64,000 bases of DNA from Azolla caroliniana (Eukaryota; Plantae; Polypodiophyta), in the NCBI GenBank assembly GCA_043228905.1, contig JBHGNT010000013.1:17174001-17238000 (forward strand), written 5' to 3'. Each line of letters starts with the position of its first letter. Within the stretch, counting starts at the first letter, position 1. Shown piece by piece: positions 37,257 to 48,564 of this stretch. A program made the translations under genes and the position numbers. The notes beneath the pieces were generated by a model. It was not told the DNA's origin, made no database searches, and saw only the letters and a program-made list of their open reading frames with translations.

Positions 37257-38404
37257 TGGATGGATTTTATCAAAAATCAGAAAGAAGCAAGTGATGAGAT
37301 GAGACGTTGAATAATATGGAGTACAAACATTTGGACTAGAGGAGGAAGTTCACATACATAATAATGTACCTTCAATATAACTTATCTGTAAACTCAAAAT
37401 TTTCCTGTTGAAGTAAGTCATCATATAATCTCCTCACTTTCACATAATTGATCATTTTCTTCTTTGTCATCAAATAAATCCTACGCTTTGATGCTTTATC
37501 TAAAACTATCTTCTGGTTATAAGGTACCAGCAGCTATGGCAGAAAATCAAGTTCTTTGGCCATTTTGGAGCATATAAAAAAGGACCACTAAATATATCTG
37601 TACACATATGTATATAGACTCTAATTATGCGAGTTGCCAATTTAGCACCCTTGATTTATTGCATTTACAAATGCATTTTGATAATTCAACTTATACACAC
37701 TCCAAAATAAACACACAAAAAAAGAATGCAGAACCGTTGTTTTATTTTACAAGAATGTGCATAAAAAAGCACAAGAGTTTCTTCATCCTGAAATAATCTT
37801 TTATACAATAATAACTTTTAAAGAATTGTAACTATTTTGAGAGAGGCACTCGCTAATACAAGTTACAACTAACACACAATGCATACATGCGGGACATAGT
37901 TATTAAGACTTTTCTTTTCCTTGGACATAGCATTTAGTAACCACTCTTATCACTATGTCGGATACCCTCAATAGATGACCAGTGACAATGGTCGGGAACT
38001 TGGGCAACGATAGAGACTTTATCTATCCTTGCACATAGCCCTTTTTGTAACTATCAAAATCAATAATTTAGTTGGTTGTGTACATGCATGCTGTATCATG
38101 AGAACATTAGTTTGACGGATTGATATGGCATGTAGTTTAGGAGAATGGTGTATGAAGTTTTGCTTTGTCCAGTATTTCGTGATCACACTAGCATCAAAGT
38201 CAGAAAATTGAGAGAAGAACCTCACAGCTTGGTCTTATCTGTAGATCTTATTTGGTCTGAAAGCCTGTGGACATATATAACTACCTGCCAGTCTTTGTCT
38301 ACACATTCCCAATATGAAACACATGTAAGTTGAGATGAAAATTTGGGTCACCCACATGTTCCATAGAAAGAGTTTTGGTTCAATTTTTAATTTTGTAACA
38401 ATCA

Positions 38405-41251
38405 TTACTCATATGCCTCATTTTCTTTGTCTTGTTTATATACATTACAATCTGAATAAATGTTGGACATGAATATGTAAGGGGCTAAGCTTTGGTCATC
38501 CAAACATAGAGCATACTCGAAGGCATGCTTTGCTAGGTCTACATTGCCCCACTTCTTGCATGCTCCTAGCACACTATGCCATGCAACGATACCGGGATGG
38601 AAGGGCATCTTCTCAATTGTGGACACCACCTCATCAATATGGCCGGCCCTCCCAAGGAGGTCTATCATACAAGTAAAATGGTCAAGAGTCTGGATTAAGC
38701 CGAAAATGTTCCTAATTGAAACAAATAACATATGGGCTATGTTCACTAATCCTCCATCACTGCATGCATTAAGAACACTCAAAAATGTTACTGAATTCGG
38801 CTTTACGTGATCATTTCCAACCATCTTGTGAAAGAAATCCAATACAATTTCAGTCTCCCCAAGCTGTGAATACCCAGCCATTAGTGCATTCCATGAGATC
38901 ACGTCACCACATCCCCACAGTTTATCGAATACATCTTGTGCTTCTACAAGAAAGCCACCTTTTGCATACATGTCAATTAATACATTACTGCTTTGTATCT
39001 CTATTTCAAAACCTTTTTTGACTACCTCAGAATGTATCTCTTGGCCTTCCCTCATGCCTCCTATGGTGCCACATGCTTTTAAACCGCATGTATATGTTAA
39101 ACAATTCAAAGAAGAGCCCACTTTTCGCATTTGCTGAAAGCATTCTAGTGCTTTCTCCCAGCAACTATGTTCTATATATCTTGTTATTAATATAGTGCCT
39201 GATACCACATCTTGAGAAGATAGCTTATCAAAGAGTTTGCAAGCTTCTAAAAGAAGACCGCATTTAGCATATATATCAACTAATGTGTTAGCAACAACTG
39301 ACTCTTCTTCAAACCCTTTCTTGATGATTTCAGCATGTATTTCCTCCATCTTCTGCATCGAATGCATGCTTGGACAAGCTTTCAAAGCACAGATTACTGT
39401 GATCGCATTAACAATAAAACCTTCTTGCTTCATCTGTTCCATATACAAAAGGGCATCAGTACCATATCCATGTTCACTATAGGCAGTGATGAGGGTGGTC
39501 CATGAGACATTGTCTCGAATGACAAGCCTATCAAACACATTCTGAGCTTCAGGAAGACAGGAAAGTTTGGCATACATATCCACCAAGGCATCACCCACGA
39601 GGAGTTCACTATCGAATCCATTCATCATCACCTGATGATGTATTTCTTGCCCCTTCCTGTCATCCCCTATGCTGCCACAAGCTTTCAAGCTATGCACGTA
39701 CATGGCCACATGAGGAAGAGTGCCCTCATGTTGCATTCGCTCGAAACAGTGCACTACCTCTTCAAAGAGCCCATGCTCAGCATAACCTGATGTGAGTATA
39801 TTCCATGACACTGAATCTCGTACACAAATCCTCTCAAATATGGCTTGAGCTGTCTCAAGCAGGTTGAATTCAATATACATGTGAATCAGTGTGTTATCGA
39901 TGTGCTCAGATTCAAAACCTTTCTTAATCACATCGGCATAGATTTCTTGGCCTTTTTTCATTGCCTTTATGGTGCCACATGCTTTCAAGCCGGACATATA
40001 TGTCACCATATTTAATGGAACTCCAGAACGATTCATAGCTTCAAGACATTGCAATGCTTCTTCTCCATACCTATGTTCCGTATAACCAATTGCTAGAGAA
40101 GTCCATGAGACCACATCACAAATCGGAAGACTTTCAAACACTCGATGTGCTTCGATGAGAAAGCTACATTTGATATACATATCCACCACTGCTGAACCAA
40201 GGACCTGTTCTGTTTCCATACCCTTTCCAACAATATCAGCATGTATTTGTTGCCCCTTTACTATAGCATTTACACTCCCACAAGCTTTTAAAATGCAGAC
40301 AAATGTGATAGAATTTGGAGGTATGCCCTCAAGTTCCATTTGTTCAAGCAAATGGATTGCCTCTTTTGCCTCCCCCAGCTCTGAAAAGCCAGCAATTAGA
40401 GCCGTCCATGTGACCACATCCTTACTTGAGAGGTGTCTAAATACCTTGTTTGCCTCATCAAGAGAACCACATTTACAATACATATCAATCAAGGCATTAC
40501 CAACCAAGAGCTCTCTTTCTAATCCAATCCTTACAAGAACATCATAAATGTGGTTGCCTCTCTCTATAGATTCCAAGCAACCACATGCCTTTAGGGTGAA
40601 AACAAGGGTTAATGCATTGGGAGAGACCCCCTGTTGGTGCATTTTCTCAAGAGAAACCAAGGATTTTTCATAAAGTCCATGCTCCACATACGCTCCAATG
40701 AGAATAGTCCAAGAAACAACATTGTGAATTGAGAGCCCATCAAAGACTTCCTGAGATTTCTTGACCGAACCACATTTAGAATACATATCCACTAAAGTGC
40801 TTCCAACAAAGATATCTTTTTCTAATAAACCTTTTCTAGCAATCTCGGCATGTAATACATGACCCATCTCTACACCACCTTCAACCTCACAACAACAAGC
40901 TTTTAGAAGGGCTACAAAAGCTGGTCCAGAAGCATAAAAAGGGCCATCTTTTTGAGCATTTTTTTGATAAAGCTTAAGTGCAAGGTGGTAATACCCATTT
41001 CTCACATAACCCATGATGAGAACACTCCATGGGAGCTCACCTTTAAATGCAGCCTTCTCAAAAGCTTGTTGTGCATACCAGACGCATCCAACATCCATTA
41101 ACATAGAGACAACAAAAGCACTTACTGCGGATTGTGAATCTAAGCCAGCATTGCAAATGTGCACATACCATTGTAAAGCTCCTGGGATGGTCTTCTCCGT
41201 CCGGCATATCTGAAGCAGCTCTTCCATGGAATGGCGAAGAAGAAAGCTCAT
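38405..41251 (-). CDS. PLS-class PPR protein, E subgroup (organellar RNA-editing-type), 948 aa, intronless
   Basis: Repeated P/L/S motifs (LVDMYSKCG, DVVSWT, ILKACG). C-terminal HFTCMIDLLGRAG..MPFHP..WHSVLGAC..YIFMSNIY is the E region; no E+ or DYW. Confidence 0.93.
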   Translation of the reverse strand: MSFLLRHSMEELLQICRTEKTIPGALQWYVHICNAGLDSQSAVSAFVVSMLMDVGCVWYAQQAFEKAAFKGELPWSVLIMGYVRNGYYHLALKLYQKNAQKDGPFYASGPAFVALLKACCCEVEGGVEMGHVLHAEIARKGLLEKDIFVGSTLVDMYSKCGSVKKSQEVFDGLSIHNVVSWTILIGAYVEHGLYEKSLVSLEKMHQQGVSPNALTLVFTLKACGCLESIERGNHIYDVLVRIGLERELLVGNALIDMYCKCGSLDEANKVFRHLSSKDVVTWTALIAGFSELGEAKEAIHLLEQMELEGIPPNSITFVCILKACGSVNAIVKGQQIHADIVGKGMETEQVLGSAVVDMYIKCSFLIEAHRVFESLPICDVVSWTSLAIGYTEHRYGEEALQCLEAMNRSGVPLNMVTYMSGLKACGTIKAMKKGQEIYADVIKKGFESEHIDNTLIHMYIEFNLLETAQAIFERICVRDSVSWNILTSGYAEHGLFEEVVHCFERMQHEGTLPHVAMYVHSLKACGSIGDDRKGQEIHHQVMMNGFDSELLVGDALVDMYAKLSCLPEAQNVFDRLVIRDNVSWTTLITAYSEHGYGTDALLYMEQMKQEGFIVNAITVICALKACPSMHSMQKMEEIHAEIIKKGFEEESVVANTLVDIYAKCGLLLEACKLFDKLSSQDVVSGTILITRYIEHSCWEKALECFQQMRKVGSSLNCLTYTCGLKACGTIGGMREGQEIHSEVVKKGFEIEIQSSNVLIDMYAKGGFLVEAQDVFDKLWGCGDVISWNALMAGYSQLGETEIVLDFFHKMVGNDHVKPNSVTFLSVLNACSDGGLVNIAHMLFVSIRNIFGLIQTLDHFTCMIDLLGRAGHIDEVVSTIEKMPFHPGIVAWHSVLGACKKWGNVDLAKHAFEYALCLDDQSLAPYIFMSNIYSDCNVYKQDKENEAYE

Positions 41252-41401
41252 AATTACGGATAAGGAAATGGGAGATTATAAAGGGATGATGTGATGACAG
41301 GGGTTTTGGGGGGAGCCATAATTTTGCTCTGCAATGAAAGTGAGCTTGTGCTCATCAAAGGGAGAGAGAGTGGCGTATTTCTGTACATTGGCTCGAGTTG
41401 T

Positions 41402-41442
<41 letters not shown>

Positions 41443-41469
41443 CATGAAGGTTTACTAGAGACCATAGAC

Positions 41470-42175
41470 CATAGTATGTACTATGAAGTTTGAACGATAC
41501 GTACCATACGCGCGTTGGCGTTCGCGAATGTTTCAATCATTCGAGTATGGTAAACACTCTCGAAGTATGGTAAATACTAAATATCATAATTTTGTATTCA
41601 TTATTTATTGGAAATTGGTAAATTCACAGTTTCTTCCGTATTTTAACAGTTTCTTTTTTGAGTTCAGAAATATGATTATTTGCACTACAAATGATAGCTA
41701 GATTCCATCCCCCCCAAAAAACTGTGAAAATACGAAAAAAACTGTGAATTTACTAATTTCCTATTTATTATAAGTTTTTTTTTAAAGGTAAAAGGGTTAA
41801 GGTAGAAAGTGTAAAAAAAACATAAGAATGTTTTGATAACATACGCATTCGGTTTCATTCGTATGAAAAAGAATGTTCGCCAATGCATTCGAGTATATTA
41901 CGTACCATAGTATGCACCATACGTGCATTCGCATTCGTGTAAGGAAAACACCCTCAAAGAATCATAAATACCATACTTTTGGATTAACTATTTATTATGA
42001 GGTAAATAAGCCTAAAACATGGAAGAAAACAAAAAAATACATTAAAAAAAATAGAAAAAAAACAAAAACAAAAGCACAAGAATGTTTGAATAACATTCGC
42101 ATTCGTTCTCCAACGTAGGAAAACGAATGTTATGCTAGACGAACACGAGTTTTACATACTATGTTACATACTATG
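41470..42175. mobile_element. hAT-like non-autonomous element (MITE) upstream of the PPR gene
   Basis: TIR CATAGTATGTA / TACATACTATG, with the right TIR doubled at 42153 and 42165. Imperfect 8-bp TSD CCATAGAC versus CCGGAGAC. Many CATTCG/CGAATG subterminal motifs and an internal inverted repeat at about 41605-41770. Confidence 0.65.
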
Positions 42176-44812
42176 CCGGAGACAAGTAGTAGGTGAGAAT
42201 TCATGGTGAAACAAAGAATTCAAGCTCCAGCACCAACCATGATCTTCATTCTTAATGCATGTGATGTAACTCTAATATCTATTGGAGATGGGTTGTGTTT
42301 CCAAGACATCATGTCTCTAGTTGATCGGTTAGTCGGTCATTTGGTTGATCTGTCTGTCTATTTGTTGGTTGGTTACTACAGGGACCATTCTCTCGACGAT
42401 ATGCGGTATTTGTTACATATATCTAGGTCATTTTAGTCCTTCGCATCACTTCGGCGTCGAAACAGTTGCTCAGTACTGGCACTTTCGGTGGACGTGGTTC
42501 AGTCATTTCTATTTGCCCTATCTATTGGTGGGGGGGTTTATGACAACAAGGTATTATATTATGGGCCTTGCCCTTCCCCAAGCAAAATGAAGGTCAATGG
42601 AAACTTGGCTATAGTTGGTCAGTCTGTTTATTGGTCGATATGTCCCTTGACACACTAGGCTCTAGCTATGACTACGTTCATTCAACAAATGCACATGGGT
42701 ATCCTCATGTAGATCCAACATGACGAGCAATGATCTCCATGACTTTAGTGATGGTATGCCCCATTTCGCTCTATATCTTGGTACTCTTCGATAAACATCA
42801 ACATTCCTTTGCTTGCTCTTTGTTCCCTCCCCTACGCGTTGTTGGTGGGGATTTTGGAGCTATGAAAGAGCTCAATGTTATGCCATTGTCCAACGTGCCA
42901 ATGTAAAGGTTGATTCCCCCATTTGCCTTTTGAAACTCGAGCAAGACTTGTTTTAAATGTCGTGGATCAACCTCCTTCATCGTTTGTTGAATGAACACGG
43001 TGTCTACATAGAGGGTGGCATACTTTTATGCGATGTGTTTGTATGTTGGGAGGGTACTTGTAAATTTTAGACCATGAGGTCGATACAAGGAGTGCGAGCG
43101 GTATACAATCGGTGGGTGTATGTGAGAGGGAGAGTGAGAGTTAAAGAATAGAAATGTGAGTCAAGGAGAGAGAGAGAGAGAAAGAGAGAGAGAGATACAA
43201 AGATGAGAGAGATACATATGTACAAAGTTTAGAGAGAGTGAGAAACACTAAAAACTAATTCATATTGAGAAGAAAGTTAGGAAAAAAGAGGAACAATGCA
43301 GCAGGCACAGCAGGTAGAAAGCGAGTAGGTCGCGTGTGGCGCAAACAGTGCCGCCACATTGCGAGTTGGTTCCACCACGAGCAGGAGGTCGACGGCGGAG
43401 CAGACACAGGTTCCATTTGTGGCTGGACCGTACATGCGTACATGGGAGTCCAGTGTACCCCCCCCAACTTTCGCCTCATCTTTGTGATGAGAAAGTCGAC
43501 CTATTGTTGTCGGAGGAGGATAAAATCATAGTCTTGGGAGAGGTACAATGTTTACAAGTGTTTTCTTTGGTAGTGTAGGTACAGGGTGCGAGATTGAATA
43601 GATCAGAGCTTCGACATACTTTGTACGCTGCCTTTTCGGAGGAAACGGATAACATTGTCGACATTCAATTCATGTCTCAAGGATGCTACCATGTGGAGTT
43701 TGCCGATAAGGAATCCGTCACAAAGCTATTGGCAATTAATGGTAGGTTGGTATTAGTAGATGACGAGTCTACAATCATGTCTGCTGCGAAGCAGTTACCA
43801 GTGCGAGTAATTGCTAGATTGGATAAAAAATTGGTTATTGACCCTAGTCTCTTAATTGCTAACTATGCATCTCAGATTTGGGTTGTACACGCTAGACCAC
43901 TTGTGGATCTGCAATGGGATCTTGCGAATTATTGTTGGAAATTGTCCATGCCTAATAATTCCACTAAGGTCCTCCCTTTCTTCACATATTCGGTGGTGTT
44001 TGGGAGAAACATCATGTTGAGTCAGACTGAGTCAATACCGGCAGAAAAAAAGTATTGGGACGAAGGTAATGTATCATCTTCTCAGATGATGATGTTTTGG
44101 AAACAATTTTGGTCAATTAAATGTATGAACAAGATATTACACTTTCGTTGGTTGATGATTCATTATGCGCTGCCAGTAGGTGATTTGATGAGGGGATCTG
44201 TAACTGATCGGTCATGCGTTATGTGTGGTTATGTACGTGAGTCATTGCATCATGTATTCTTAGGCTACTAGGTCGTAAGTATGGGTCGGGGATTTTTACG
44301 TGGGGTGCAGTCTTATGGGGAAGGTTAGATCAACAAATGACTTTCTATCATCATCATTATTCTTCTTTGACATTACGTGTCACAAGTTTGCAGGTATACT
44401 ATACTTCAACCTCCTTGCAAGGAATCAAGTTTTTCTCCTGTAGTCATGTCTGGCAAATTGTCTCCTCTTTGGCTTTATGGATTCTTTGGAAAACTAGGTG
44501 CTCCAAGCTATACAATGATGAAAACACTCACATCGTGGATCAGGTTAAGTCTTTCTAGAACTTATTGGTACATATAGTTAAAGGTGAATATGATAGTTAT
44601 AAGGGTTCTGGTCACACAACTAATAAGAAAATAATGAGAATTCGTAAAGTTTGGTCGTCTATACCTATTATGTTGAATGAAGCCGCAAATGTCAAGTGGA
44701 ACTATGTACTGCCTCGGTGGTTATTCCCGCCACTGGCACCATCTTTAGTATAAATAACATGATATAATATAGATGACTGTAGATATTTTTGTCAGGATAA
44801 GTGATGTTGGTA

Positions 44813-45630
44813 GAAATCAAGGACATGGCAAGCCAAAACTTGGTGTCGATTAGCGAGAAGGCAAGATGGTTGTTGTGGATGTAAAAAGCAATTTCTTATG
44901 AACGATAAGGATGAGTGTAGATGGTGTGGGAGTTGAAGAAGCATATTATCATGAGTTGTTGAGGGAATTTTTACGTTAATTTGTTTGCGGTCTATATGGC
45001 AAGATGCTTAATGGAAGGAAATCAAGGACATGGCAAGCCAAAACTTGGTGCCAATTAGCGAGAAGGCGAGATGGTTGATGTGGATGTAAGAAGCAATTTC
45101 TTATGAGCGATAAGGATGAGTGTAGATGGTGTGGGGGTTGAGGAAGCATATTATCATGAGTTGGTGAGGGAAATTTTTACATTAATTTGTTTGTGGTCTA
45201 TATGGCAGGATGCTTGATGGAAGGAAATCAAGGACATGGCAAGCCAAAATTTGATGCCGATTAGCGAGGAGGTGAGATGGTTGTTGTGGATGATGCTTGA
45301 TGGAATTTGGTGGCATGGCACGGAGTGAAGAAGATTTTAGGTTTCATCTTAGGGAGTGCAACAAACAGGATAGTCTTCTAGTTGTTGTCATCATGTAGTT
45401 ATTGTCTTTATAGAGTTTATTCATGCCGAGAGGATGAGTGACGATGGTGTGGGGGTTGAAGCAAATATATCAGGGGATGAGGAAACATTTTATAATCACT
45501 TTGTTATTATATATACAAGAATTTGGTGGTAATCGACGAGATGGTTGATGTGGACTTAAGAAGAAAAATTGTTTTGAGGGATAAGGATGAGAGAAGATGG
45601 TGTGGGGGTGAAGCAGAATATTATGAGTAG
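44813..45630. repeat. ~205-bp tandem repeat inside the composite retroposon
   Basis: GAAATCAAGGACATGGCAAGCC at 44813, 45018 and 45224, with further decayed partial copies to about 45630. Confidence 0.88.
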
Positions 45631-45634
45631 GTAT

Positions 45635-45969
45635 AGGAATGGAACGTATGGTAGTCTCTGCCAGATTGCTACATGCATTGGAATACTTTGTGCCCTGGTA
45701 ATTGGGCTTCCAGTAGAAACTGTTCCTGGTTGTTGGAGGAATTGATTTTGGAAATCCATCTTGCCTGTTGCAGTGCTCTTAGTTGGGATGGAGTTCTGTT
45801 CTAAGAGCCCGAAATGGTCAATTGGAGCAGCCATGTTTGTTTTGCAACAACTCTTTGGAATCAATGTTGTGTTTTATTTCTGTTTTATTTCTCCCCAACA
45901 GTATTTAGAAATGTTGGAATCAGTTCAGATTTGTTTGCAAGTGTTTAGGTTAGGATTGTGAATCTTCTT
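45635..45969 (+). pseudogene. Intronless fragment of a plastidic glucose transporter-like (pGlcT/SGB1 group) MFS sugar porter
   Basis: Translates as GTYGSLCQIATCIGILCALVIGLPVETVPGCWRN*FWKSILPVAVLLVGMEFCSKSPKW / SIGAAMFVLQQLFGINVVFYF..PTVFRNVGISSDLFASV*VRIVNLL. It contains the sugar-porter QQLxGIN motif, an ESPxW-like motif and stop codons. Confidence 0.8.
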
Positions 45970-46613
45970 ACAGATCCAGACCCGACATAGATGATTGGGA
46001 AGACAGAGGACATGGAATATCATGTAAAAGACAAGTTTTCTGAGGAGGTGTTATTATGTGGTTCATTTGGGACATGGTCGCCCTCCTCTCCTTCAAAGTT
46101 GTTGGACTTTGTGGGATTGAACCATCGAAAAAGCTGGATACTCGTAGATATTGTTTATATGTTGGGTATGGTCTTCAGTACATGCGAAACAAAAGGCGAA
46201 CAAGAAGTTTTCAAACTACTAGCCAGGGTGGACAACTAGGTTGGAGATTGTTTTCGTTTTTAGATGTGGTCTTCTACCTAGTAAAGGTGTTAGTGACAAG
46301 GCTGAGAGTTATCTTCATGGATTATAATTAGCAGTATCTTGATAAATGCCAAAGCTTATATTTGGTCTTGTTTTTGATAATATATATTTGTGGAGATGAA
46401 ACAATATAATGTACTATTTGTTTACTGCCTCTGGGCCTTTTATGTTTTATGGAAAAAAAAAACACTAATTCATATTAAGAAACTTAAAAGGTAATACAAA
46501 GAAATGGTTGATGTGGCAAACTAGTTTCACTCCTAAGGAGCTCATCAGTGCACATGACCATTTAGAATTTGAGAGGTTTATATAGGGAAGAAAAGGGATA
46601 AGAGAGAGAAAGG

Positions 46614-46651
<38 letters not shown>

Positions 46652-46884
46652 TTCAAATTTTATGGTGTGGGAGTTTAGGGGGAGTGATGGATTTGGTGGG
46701 GGGTAAAAGATTTTATGGGGTTATTTGAAAATGTGTGATGTGGGAGTTAGGGAGGGTGATGTATAGTGGTGGGTAGGAAAAGAAAGTGTGGGTTGATGCT
46801 GATCGATACATGGAGTAGGGTGGGATAGTGATTCGTGAAAGTGAAGGTTTGATGGTTTGGGTAGCTTCCTTTCTCACGAGGTCG

Positions 46885-47221
46885 GGGCATGTGGATTGCA
46901 AATAACAGAAACTGAGGAGGGGCATTTCGCAGATAAAAAAAACCCACCCACATCTCTGTGTTTCTTTGAAGCTGCCATCCATTAAGAAATTGTGGAAGGA
47001 GGGGGGGGGGGGGGGGGCATTGGGCAAATAAAGAAAACAGAAACTAAGGAGGGGCATATGGATTGCAAATAACAGGAATTGAGGAAGGGCATTTGGCAAA
47101 TAAAGAAAATAGAAATTAAGGAGGGGCATATGGATTGCAAATAACAGAAATTAAGGAGGGGCATATGGTAAATAAAGAAAATCCACCCACATCTTTGTGT
47201 TTCTTTGAAGTAGCCATTAAT
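46885..47221. repeat. Complex minisatellite (~37-40-bp units) with poly-G
   Basis: Repeated GCAAATAA(C/AG)A..GAAA(C/T)T(A/G)AGGAGGGGCAT, plus a duplicated CCACCCACATCT..TTTCTTTGAAG. Confidence 0.8.
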
Positions 47222-48564
47222 GAAGAGAAGCAAAACAGGGGCGGGGGAAACCCTGGTTAACGCTAATGGAGAAAAACCCTTCAATACTAAGAAAGGATTG
47301 AATATGGTGTTTGTATGTAAGTACAAATATAAATAAAACATGGTCATTTCAGTATATGTTTCTGAGATATTATTTTAATCTCTGTCCATGACATTCACGT
47401 CATGCTGTTTCCTTCTAATTTGATTATCTGTAATGTTTTCTTTCCTTCCGAGAACAAGGGTTTTCTTGACTTATTTTGAATTTTTTCTTTGAGTGACGGC
47501 TTATATACACGTCCTACTTAGTAAAATTTGTAATAGCTAATTGCTATAACATTTTATTACTTGGGGTATATCTTAGTTAGTAGTTGAAACACATGAAATC
47601 TCCTAATGTCAGATGTATTTGCTTTAAAAGATTTAGGTAAAGACACATTGTATCCATATGCCGAATGCATTTGATTTAAAAGACTTTGTCACAATCACAT
47701 GGCATGTTTGAATGCTAAACGCATTTGTTTTAAATGATTTCGATCCACTTTTTTTTTTTGAAGAAAACATTTGTTTGTGTCTCATATATGTATGTATGTA
47801 TGTATGTATGTGTGTAAATGCATATTTTTTCTATCTTTGTTTTGCTTTGCAAATCTGGAAATTCAATATTCCTAAACAGTTAAAAAATAAAGAAATATTT
47901 ATCATTTCTTCTATGCCATCTTTTCATTCAACATGTATTGCATGAAATTTCAAGGTTTCTTCTTGGTCAATTAGTGTATAATACTCACGAATCACTTCTT
48001 GAAATTCAAGACATTTTGATTTTCTCGTCTAGTTCATGGAGTGTATAATACTGATGACGTCATCCTTACCATATAACTTTACAAACCTCTTGAAGAAAGC
48101 TAATGGAACACAATTTGCAGGTTAAAAAGTTGGGGGAAGGTTTAAAAATGCCCACATGGATTGTATCTTCAGAAGAATGAACATCAAGATTTTGGACCAT
48201 GACAAGGTATTGTGTGTATCCACACAATGCATGAAAACTGAAGGATTAATCTCATGAGAGCTGCAATCTCCAAATGTTTCCTTGGAATCCAATATATACA
48301 TGCATACTAGTCTCAAGTAATATGCAATGTCCAAATTTCTCAGAAAATCTTCCACATCCATATGGACTACTCCAAATCAATTTTGAATCTCCAAATTTCT
48401 TGGAAATATTCCACCATGTACATGAATGTGAATGCATGGTGGAACAACTGATAGTATAGGCTGTGAACTAGGAACTAGGAATGATTTGTTTGGTTCCATT
48501 GATAAGTGAGACCTCACATGACTAGCTAATTATACAATTATCCTCTTCATGCCCAACTTCAACT

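Larger units (their letters stand above)
43267..46462 (+). mobile_element. Composite non-autonomous L1-derived retroposon (L1 ORF1/ORF2 pieces, tandem repeat, host gene fragment, poly(A))
   Basis: 13-bp TSD ACTAATTCATATT at 43254-43266 and 46464-46476; A10 tail at 46453-46462. ORF1-like segment 43296-43740 is fused to the zf-RVT end of ORF2 (FWKQFW..CVMC..ESLHH; TWGAVLW; WILWKTRC), which runs to 44753. Confidence 0.8.

Noticed and set aside
42180-43020. GC-moderate segment with short ORFs between the MITE and the composite element
   Set aside because: Probably TE-derived, but no motif, terminus or TSD was identified.
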